From: Candidatus Saccharimonadales bacterium
GTDB taxonomy: Bacteria > Patescibacteriota > Saccharimonadia > Saccharimonadales > JACQNP01
Assembly (NCBI GenBank): GCA_038257245.1
Contig: JBBSJL010000004.1
Span: 1 to 56,338 of the forward strand
DNA: 56,338 bases
Reading direction: 5' to 3'
The notes under the pieces are model-generated. The model worked only from the letters and a program-made list of their open reading frames with translations. It made no database searches and had not been told where the DNA came from. Position 1 is the first letter of the stretch. Each line of letters starts with the position of its first letter. The position numbers and the translations under genes were made by a program. Positions 38,806-46,086 of the stretch are shown here, in pieces.

Positions 38806-38869
38806 CATTTACATAGTCTGATATATTGCTTATACTTGATACCAATAGACTTAAGGAGGGAATGCATTA

Positions 38870-39874
38870 ATGGTTAATATTAAACGTATAATATCGGGTG
38901 TACTTATGGTAGCTTTGCTAGCTATAGCACCATTATCGGTGGGGATCGCACAGGAAGAAAAAGGCGGTAGTGGTTTACAGATCACTCCTACTAGGACAGA
39001 AATGTCTCTGCTCCCAGGTGAACAAAAAGATTTTGATATTACTGTCAAAAATATCACCCAAGGTACTATTCAGGTAAAATCTTTCTTTAACGATTTTGAA
39101 TCTGATGGAGTAACTGGGGATCCGCAAATAGTTATAGATCCAAACCGACAAGTTCCTAACTCCATGAAGGACTATATTAAAGGTATTGATGATTTTACTT
39201 TAGAAAAAGGTGCTTCGAAATCGGTTAACTTGACAGTAGACTTGCCACCAGACACTAGCCCTGGAGGGTACTATGGTGTTGTCAGGTTCGCTGCCTTCCC
39301 AGAAGGAGCAGACACGAGTGGAGAAACTCAAGTATCTCTAAATGCTAGCGTGGCTTCTCTTCTGTTGGTAGAAGCATCCGGTGATATAACTGAACAGATC
39401 CAGATAACTAGTATTAAGAATTGTAATTTAAGTGATGAAGAGGGTTCTAAAACTAATGCTAAGTGTGAAAGTTCTGGTGGGCTATTCTTCGGTACAGGAC
39501 CAAATTACACAAGCATAGCAATCGATAATAAAGGCAATAGTTTCTCTCGACCATTTGGCAGGGTTGCGGTTACGCGTGGTGGTACAGAAGTTTATGCTTA
39601 CGAGCTAAACAATAAAGAACCCCGTGGTGCCATTTTGCCAAATTCATCTCGTATATTTACTGACAAGATTGAAAATGTCGATAAGTTGGGCAGGTACACT
39701 GTTACTACCAACATTTCTCATGGTCAAGGTGGCGAGGTAATAACCCAAACCGCTAGCTTCTGGTATATCCCTACCTGGGCATTACTGGTTGGAGTCGGAC
39801 TATTAATAGCATTAATAGTATTGGTATTTACTATCTATAAAAAGATGGGCAAAAAACGTAAATCGCGAAAATAA
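38870..39874 (+). CDS. DUF916/DUF3324-like (CscA-like, pilus-chaperone-like) protein with signal peptide and C-terminal TM plus basic tail
   Basis: An AAGGAGG SD is present. LQITPTRTEMSLLPGEQKDFDITVKNITQGTIQV is a typical first Ig-like domain start. The second domain reads VAVTRGGTEVYAYEL..AILPNSSRIFTDKIENVDKLGRYTVTTNISHG. The C-terminus is LLVGVGLLIALIVLVFTIYKKMGKKRKSRK. Confidence 0.7.
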   Translation: MVNIKRIISGVLMVALLAIAPLSVGIAQEEKGGSGLQITPTRTEMSLLPGEQKDFDITVKNITQGTIQVKSFFNDFESDGVTGDPQIVIDPNRQVPNSMKDYIKGIDDFTLEKGASKSVNLTVDLPPDTSPGGYYGVVRFAAFPEGADTSGETQVSLNASVASLLLVEASGDITEQIQITSIKNCNLSDEEGSKTNAKCESSGGLFFGTGPNYTSIAIDNKGNSFSRPFGRVAVTRGGTEVYAYELNNKEPRGAILPNSSRIFTDKIENVDKLGRYTVTTNISHGQGGEVITQTASFWYIPTWALLVGVGLLIALIVLVFTIYKKMGKKRKSRK

Positions 39875-39893
39875 AAGCAAGGGATAATTAATT

Positions 39894-39926
39894 CACACCC
39901 AACTGGTTAATTATCAGTTGGGTGTG
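39894..39926 (+). terminator. Strong hairpin terminator after the chaperone-like gene
   Basis: The hairpin is CACACCCAACTG-gttaattat-CAGTTGGGTGTG, a perfect 12-bp stem. Only a weak T-tract follows. Confidence 0.6.
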
Positions 39927-39942
39927 TTAATATAACATAAGC

Positions 39943-40869
39943 ATGAACACCTCTGTTAATAGGCAAAAATCGAAAATTATAACTGCTATTCTTTTAGCCA
40001 CGATCGTGGCTATCACGAGTATGATAATTAGTTCACAAGTGGTAAACGCTCAAACATCTCAATCTGGTTCTATTGGTATAGAAGGTACAATATCTTCGCC
40101 ACCACCAACACAGGGTGCCACGATTAGTCTACCAACTAATGGCCAGGCTTTTACAACCATACCCGTCAATGTGTCTGGGTTATGTCCAAATGATCTACTA
40201 GTCAAAGTTTTTAAAAACAATGTATTTGCCGGTGCCGTGCAGTGTACCAACGGCAGTTATTCTATAGTCATTGATCTATTTCCGGGTACAAATGAATTGG
40301 TTGCTAGGGTATATGATGCCCTAGATCAGCCTGGACCAGACTCAAACGTAGTCACTGTCACATTTCGTGATAATCGCCAAGGAGCGGCCTCTAGGGTTAC
40401 TCTAACTAGCAATTATGCCAAGCGTGGAGCTAACCCAGGCGAAGATCTGGTTTGGCCAATCATATTATCTGGAGGTATCGGCCCATATGCCATTAGTGTA
40501 GATTGGGGTGATGGCTCAACGCCAGATCTGATTAGTCAAGAATATCCGGGCGTGTTTAATATTACCCACAAATACGATTCACCAGGTATTTACAATATGA
40601 TTATCAAAGCCACTGATAAAGACGGTGGAACTGCATATTTGCAACTAGTTGGTATTGCTAACGGACCGCTTAGCCAAGAAAATGGTACAGGTGGGTCTGG
40701 AAGCGGCTCTGGAGGGGATGGCAGTGACTCAGGTGGCACCAAAACCAAAATCCTTTGGCAGCCTGCGGCTCTGACTATTCCATTCGTAATATCTACTTTT
40801 TGGCTTGGCAAGAAGTATGAACTAAGAGTGCTGCGCAAAAAGATCGAACGTGGCGATCGACCTTTCTAA
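39943..40869 (+). CDS. Secreted PKD-domain protein with Gly/Ser linker and C-terminal TM anchor
   Basis: The signal peptide ends VNA/QT. The PKD-like motif is VDWGDGSTPD...ITHKYDSPGIYNMIIKATDKDGG. The linker is GTGGSGSGSGGDGSDSGG. The C-terminus is a TM helix followed by KKYELRVLRKK. Confidence 0.7.
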   Translation: MNTSVNRQKSKIITAILLATIVAITSMIISSQVVNAQTSQSGSIGIEGTISSPPPTQGATISLPTNGQAFTTIPVNVSGLCPNDLLVKVFKNNVFAGAVQCTNGSYSIVIDLFPGTNELVARVYDALDQPGPDSNVVTVTFRDNRQGAASRVTLTSNYAKRGANPGEDLVWPIILSGGIGPYAISVDWGDGSTPDLISQEYPGVFNITHKYDSPGIYNMIIKATDKDGGTAYLQLVGIANGPLSQENGTGGSGSGSGGDGSDSGGTKTKILWQPAALTIPFVISTFWLGKKYELRVLRKKIERGDRPF

Positions 40870-40894
40870 CAAACATTGATATAATTAGATAAAT

Positions 40895-41944
40895 ATGGCA
40901 AAAAAAGTTTATGTTGGGCTGAGTGGTGGCGTAGACAGTTCAGTCACCGCTGCACTTCTAAAAGAGCAGGGTTACGATGTAACTGGTGTTTATATGAAGA
41001 ACTGGAGTCAGGATTTGCCTGGCTTTGAATGCCCCTGGAAAGAAGATTATCAAGATGCCAAGCGTGTAGCCGTACAGTTGGGAATATCCTTCAAAATGTA
41101 CGATTTTGAAAAAGAATATCGCAAAGAAGTCGTCGACTACATGATTGCCGAATACAAAGCAGGCAACACGCCCAATCCCGATATTATGTGCAACCAGGAA
41201 GTGAAGTTCAAATTATTCCTAAATACCGCGCTCAGCGATGGGGCTGACATGATTGCCACTGGCCACTACGCCAAACTAAGTAATGGCAAAATGTACATGG
41301 CTGATAATCTAGACAAAGACCAAACGTACTTTTTGTACCGTGTAACCGAAGACGCGCTCAAAAAGAGCCTGATGCCCCTAGGAGAATTCAAAACCAAAGA
41401 CGAAGTTCGAGCCATTGCCAAGAAATTAGGTCTAGTAACTGCTGATAAAAAGGATAGCCAGGGTATATGCTTTGTCGGTAAGGTTGGGATCCGCGAATTC
41501 TTAGAACAATATGTCGAGGCAAAAACAGGCAAAATTATTGATCAGAATGGCTTAACGATGGGGCAACACGACGGTGCAATATTCTACACTATTGGGCAGA
41601 GACATGGCCTAGACGTCGGCGGCGGTCTGCCATATTACGTATCTGGCAAGAATATGAAAAAGAACGAAATTCACGTCACGACTAATCTAGACGATAAGAA
41701 TCTCTGGCGCAGACAGCTAAAACTCACCAGTATACACATAATTAATGATAAGAAGATATTCAACACGTTAACCCTTAACAAGTTAAGTGTCCGAACCAGG
41801 TACAGGGCACCGCTTATTTCTTGTAATTTTGATCTAAAAACTGGCGTTGTAGATCTTAAAGACGAAATTCGGGCTGTTACGGCTGGACAATCAGCAGTAT
41901 TTTACCTAGATGGCCAGTGCCTTGGTGGCGGAATTATAGTTTAA
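40895..41944 (+). CDS. mnmA: tRNA 2-thiouridine(34) synthase
   Basis: The PP-loop is VGLSGGVDSSV. NPDIMCN and DSQGICFVG are also present. Confidence 0.9.
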   Translation: MAKKVYVGLSGGVDSSVTAALLKEQGYDVTGVYMKNWSQDLPGFECPWKEDYQDAKRVAVQLGISFKMYDFEKEYRKEVVDYMIAEYKAGNTPNPDIMCNQEVKFKLFLNTALSDGADMIATGHYAKLSNGKMYMADNLDKDQTYFLYRVTEDALKKSLMPLGEFKTKDEVRAIAKKLGLVTADKKDSQGICFVGKVGIREFLEQYVEAKTGKIIDQNGLTMGQHDGAIFYTIGQRHGLDVGGGLPYYVSGKNMKKNEIHVTTNLDDKNLWRRQLKLTSIHIINDKKIFNTLTLNKLSVRTRYRAPLISCNFDLKTGVVDLKDEIRAVTAGQSAVFYLDGQCLGGGIIV

Positions 41945-41993
41945 TAATAAGCAATAATTAATTCAAATACAGAGAATATAAAATTGGTATCAG

Positions 41994-42002
41994 TGTTATA
42001 AT
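41994..42002 (+). promoter_or_regulatory. Extended -10 box (TGtTATAAT), 7 nt before the ATG of the HD-domain gene (leaderless)
   Basis: Read directly. No SD lies between the box and the ATG. Confidence 0.4.
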
Positions 42003-42009
42003 TCGACAA

Positions 42010-42597
42010 ATGATAACAGAAGAAATCATCAAACTTCATAAAAAATATGCTTCTAATGACGACGACTTTGAAGCGGTATATACTCACTGCCAGATTGTGG
42101 CAGAAATAGCCGAATGGTGCGTGGGTAATATCAACGAAAAGGTTGACGTAGAACTACTAAAAACAGCCGCCCTGCTGCACGATATTGGTTCCTACCCGTT
42201 CCTAGCTGCTTGGGAAGTCAGAGATGATTACAGAAAATTCTATGCTTTACATGCCTTTCTTGGTTCAAAAATATTAGAGGATGAGGGCTATGATAAAAAA
42301 ATTTGTACCATGGTGCAAAATCACGTACTTATGGGGCTCACAAAAGATGAAATTAACAAGATTGATTTTCGGATGCCAGTAATTAACCTTGAGGCTGATT
42401 CAATAGAAGGACGGCTGCTTTGTTATGCCGATAGGTTCCATTCCAAAAAACCAGTATTTAATTCGTTCAAAAATTTTCATAATAATCTAACAAAAACTTT
42501 ACCCAAACAGGCAGACAAGTTTATGAATTGGTCGACAGAATTTGGCCTGCCAGATATCGAAGCGCTGGCTAAGAAATACAACCATCCTATCAGATAA
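42010..42597 (+). CDS. HD-domain phosphohydrolase
   Basis: The H..HD motif appears as THCQIV....AALLHDIGS. Confidence 0.8.
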   Translation: MITEEIIKLHKKYASNDDDFEAVYTHCQIVAEIAEWCVGNINEKVDVELLKTAALLHDIGSYPFLAAWEVRDDYRKFYALHAFLGSKILEDEGYDKKICTMVQNHVLMGLTKDEINKIDFRMPVINLEADSIEGRLLCYADRFHSKKPVFNSFKNFHNNLTKTLPKQADKFMNWSTEFGLPDIEALAKKYNHPIR

Positions 42598-42599
42598 CA

Positions 42600-42608
42600 T
42601 GATACAAT
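42600..42608 (+). promoter_or_regulatory. Extended -10 box (TGaTACAAT), 7 nt before the alaS ATG (leaderless)
   Basis: Read directly, with the same geometry as the box at 41994. Confidence 0.4.
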
Positions 42609-42615
42609 CTATCAG

Positions 42616-44508
42616 ATGAATGCACAGGAAATTAGGAAGGCTTATCTAAAGTTCTTTGAAGAGCGTGGTCACACAATTGTTCCGCGGGCTCTTCTGGTAC
42701 CTTATAACGATCCTACAACACTATTTACTGGTTCTGGTATGCAACCAATGATTCCGTATCTTTTAGGTGAAAAACACCAAAATGGTACACGTATTACTGA
42801 TAGCCAGACTTGTTTGCGCGTTCAAGACATTGAGGAAGTAGGCGATAACCGACACGATACTTTGTTTGAGATGTTGGGCAACTGGTCTCTCGGCGACTAT
42901 TTTAAAGCCGAACAGTTACCGTGGTTTTTTGAATTCTTAACAGATATTGTCGGTCTCGACCCTAAAAGGCTATATGTCACTTGTTTTATTGGTGATGAAG
43001 CCAACGATATCCCAAGAGATAGTGAAAGTGCCGATATTCTAGAGAGACTATTTGCCGGCAAAGGTATTAAGGCTAAGCGAGCTGACATTGGGTCAGAAGC
43101 TGATGGCCATAAACGTGGCATGAAGCAGGGCGAACGCATTTTCTTTTATGATGATAGTAAAAACTGGTGGTGGAGAGGCAGTCTCATTGCTAACATGCCA
43201 GCCGGTGAGCCGGGCGGTGGTACCAGTGAGGTGTTTTATGAATTTGACTTTGTGCCACACGATACGAAATACGGTGTAAACTGTCATCCTAACTGTGATT
43301 GTGGCCGTTTTATCGAAGTTGGTAATAGCGTATTTATGGAATATGTTAAAACAGATAGTGGACTAGCGAAACTGCCCAAACGGAACGTGGATTTTGGTGG
43401 TGGGCTAGAACGCATTGCTCAGGCTGCCATAAATAGCCCAGATATCTTTAAGATTAGTATTATGTGGCCAATTGTCGAAGAACTAGAAAGATTAAGTGGC
43501 AAAGAATATGATAGTCATACGACGGCCATGCGTATCATAGCTGATCATATTCGTAGTGCAGCTTTTTTGGCTGTTGATGGCGTTGTGCCAAGCAACAAAG
43601 AACAAGGCTATGTAATGCGTAGACTTATGCGCAGAGCGATTCGTTTTGCGCTTGAACTTGGCGTCGAACAAAACCTCTGTGAAAACCTAGTGCCGATTGT
43701 TGCGGATATGTATGCTGATGATTACCCAGAAGTAAAAGCAAAACGCCAAGATATAATCGATATACTCATCAAGGAAGAAAAAATATTTCGTCAAACTTTG
43801 CGCAAGGGAGTAAAAGAGCTTCAGAAGATGGCCAATAAAAGGACGTTAGACGGTGGTGGAATTTTTATGCTTTATGACACATATGGCTTCCCTGTTGAAT
43901 TGAGTGTCGAAGAAGCTTATACATTGGGCTATGAAGTTTCGGAACGTTGGCGCGAGGAGTTTGAAGTAAAAATGGCCGAACAGAGAGAACGATCACAAAC
44001 AGCAACAAAAGGAACATTTAAAGGTGGGTTGGGTGGCCAAAAAGAAATTCATAAGAAATATCACACATCAACCCATTTGATGTATCAGGCGTTACGTGAC
44101 GTACTTGGTGATCATGTTACTCAAAGGGGTAGCAATATTACTGAAGAGCGACTCAGATTTGACTTTAGCCATCCTGAAAAAGTTAACCCAGATCAGATTA
44201 AACAAGTAGAAGATATTGTTAACGAACAAATTGCCAAAGACCTTAAGGTATCATGGGCAGAGTATCCAACCGAGGAAGCAACTGGAAAACTCGGTGCACT
44301 TGGGCAGTTCGGTGATCGATACGGCGATACCGTAAAAGTTTACAAGATGATTGCTGATGATACCGACAAGCCATTTAGCTTTGAAATATGCGGCGGACCA
44401 CATGTCGATCATTCTTTACAACTATTTGAAGACAACAAAAAATTCAAAATAATAAAAGAAGAAGCCAGCTCAGCAGGAATACGCCGTATAAAGGCAGTAT
44501 TGCAATAG
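42616..44508 (+). CDS. alaS: Alanyl-tRNA synthetase, short form (630 aa; catalytic plus editing domains, no C-Ala/DHHA1 tail)
   Basis: IRKAYLKFFEERGHTIVP, LFTGSGMQP and FEMLGNWS fit AlaRS. The editing-domain motifs HTSTHLM and CGGPHV are present. Confidence 0.9.
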   Translation: MNAQEIRKAYLKFFEERGHTIVPRALLVPYNDPTTLFTGSGMQPMIPYLLGEKHQNGTRITDSQTCLRVQDIEEVGDNRHDTLFEMLGNWSLGDYFKAEQLPWFFEFLTDIVGLDPKRLYVTCFIGDEANDIPRDSESADILERLFAGKGIKAKRADIGSEADGHKRGMKQGERIFFYDDSKNWWWRGSLIANMPAGEPGGGTSEVFYEFDFVPHDTKYGVNCHPNCDCGRFIEVGNSVFMEYVKTDSGLAKLPKRNVDFGGGLERIAQAAINSPDIFKISIMWPIVEELERLSGKEYDSHTTAMRIIADHIRSAAFLAVDGVVPSNKEQGYVMRRLMRRAIRFALELGVEQNLCENLVPIVADMYADDYPEVKAKRQDIIDILIKEEKIFRQTLRKGVKELQKMANKRTLDGGGIFMLYDTYGFPVELSVEEAYTLGYEVSERWREEFEVKMAEQRERSQTATKGTFKGGLGGQKEIHKKYHTSTHLMYQALRDVLGDHVTQRGSNITEERLRFDFSHPEKVNPDQIKQVEDIVNEQIAKDLKVSWAEYPTEEATGKLGALGQFGDRYGDTVKVYKMIADDTDKPFSFEICGGPHVDHSLQLFEDNKKFKIIKEEASSAGIRRIKAVLQ

Positions 44509-44556
44509 GTTATAATTCTGTTAATATAGTTCACTGAACTTAACGGAGGTAGTGCA

Positions 44557-44778
44557 TTGGATATATTGGAAGTTTTTCTATCAGGATCAGCTGAACCGTT
44601 TCGTGCTGAAGTTATTATCCATAGAAGTGAGAATTTTAATGATGCAAAAGTTGCCATAGGCGGCAAGCCAATTGAAGCAGTTATGGGTCATTTTGCTGTC
44701 GAACTAGATCAGCAAGGAGTTAGAAGAATAGAAGACCATGGACAAATAAGAATAACCGATAGAAGGGTATTGGATTAA
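44557..44778 (+). CDS. Hypothetical small protein (73 aa)
   Basis: TTG start preceded by a strong ACGGAGGT SD with 6-nt spacing. No motif is recognised. Confidence 0.45.
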   Translation: MDILEVFLSGSAEPFRAEVIIHRSENFNDAKVAIGGKPIEAVMGHFAVELDQQGVRRIEDHGQIRITDRRVLD

Positions 44779-44790
44779 TAGAGGTGATAC

Positions 44791-46086
44791 GTGGTACAAT
44801 ACGTACCGATTATGCTAAAGAAAATTAAGGGATTGCGAACTAAAAAATCTGGTTCTAAGGGCACATACATTGTTGGGCTTGATATTGGGACAGAATATGT
44901 AAAGGCCTTAATTTCTGAAGTAAAAGAAGACGGCGTAGAGATTATAGGCGTCGGTAGGGCTCATCAGGCATACAACGATATGCAGGCAGGAGCTATTTCT
45001 GACATTGGTGCAGTTGTTGCTAATTGCGACAAAGCACTAAGTGAAGCCGAAGAAAAAGCCGGACTAAGTGTCAGGACTGCGATTATTGGAATTGCTGGGG
45101 AACTTGTAAAAGGCACGACAATCACCGTAAAGGCCCATCGTAAAAACCCCAACAAAGAACTGGATCTTGCCGAAATTGAGCAGATAATCAAACTAGTACA
45201 AGAGCGCGCCCAGGCAAAAGCTAAGAAGCAAATTATTATGGAACTTGGTGGAAAAGATCTAGAGATTCGACTAATAAACAGTGCGTTAGTTAGTATTGTA
45301 ATTGACGGCTACCCAGTTACAAATCCAATTGGTTTTCAAGGTAAAGAGGTGATAGTTCAGCTTTATACAGCTTTTGCACCATTGATTCATATAGGGGCAA
45401 TTGAGCGAACAGCTCAAGAACTTGACCTTGACTTGTTGGCTGTAGCAGCTGAACCTTTTGCTGTGGCTAGGTCTGTAATTGGCGATGACCAAAACGCTAC
45501 TATGAGCGCGATCTTGATGGATGTAGGTGGTGGAACCACAGACATTGCAGTAATAAATGATGGTGGCGTACAAGGTACCAAGATGTTTGGTATAGGGGGA
45601 AGAGCCTATACAAGATCTGTCGAACGAGCCATGGATATAACTTACGATGAAGCCGAAGACTTAAAAATAGGTCTTAGCACCAACAAGATTTCTAAACCAG
45701 ATAGAGTAAAAACTGAAGTTGCTTTATCTAGAACCGCTAATATTTGGGTAAGTGGGGTTGAGCTTGCTTTGGACGAATTCCCGCAATTAGATCATTTGCC
45801 GAACAAAATATATCTATGTGGGGGTGGATCAAGTTTGGATATATTGTTCGATGAACTTACAAAGTCTAGTTGGTATAAGAACCTACCATTTACCAAGAAG
45901 CCTATTATAGAGCACATCCATCCCGAACAAGTTGAAGGAATTGTTGACAAAACTGGGGATGTAAATGACCATACCTTTATAACCGCAATGGGCCTGTTGC
46001 GCGTTGGTGTTGACACTTTGCAGCAACAGGATAATAAGGCCACAAATTCAATTAAGCAGAAAATCGACAGGATGTTAAAGGTATGA
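44791..46086 (+). CDS. ftsA: FtsA-like actin-family ATPase
   Basis: The phosphate-1 motif is IVGLDIGTEYVKA and phosphate-2 is LMDVGGGTTDIAV. LCGGGS and a C-terminal amphipathic tail (SIKQKIDRMLKV) are present. GTG start after an AGAGGTGA SD; the alternative start is ATG at 44812. Confidence 0.7.
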   Translation: MVQYVPIMLKKIKGLRTKKSGSKGTYIVGLDIGTEYVKALISEVKEDGVEIIGVGRAHQAYNDMQAGAISDIGAVVANCDKALSEAEEKAGLSVRTAIIGIAGELVKGTTITVKAHRKNPNKELDLAEIEQIIKLVQERAQAKAKKQIIMELGGKDLEIRLINSALVSIVIDGYPVTNPIGFQGKEVIVQLYTAFAPLIHIGAIERTAQELDLDLLAVAAEPFAVARSVIGDDQNATMSAILMDVGGGTTDIAVINDGGVQGTKMFGIGGRAYTRSVERAMDITYDEAEDLKIGLSTNKISKPDRVKTEVALSRTANIWVSGVELALDEFPQLDHLPNKIYLCGGGSSLDILFDELTKSSWYKNLPFTKKPIIEHIHPEQVEGIVDKTGDVNDHTFITAMGLLRVGVDTLQQQDNKATNSIKQKIDRMLKV

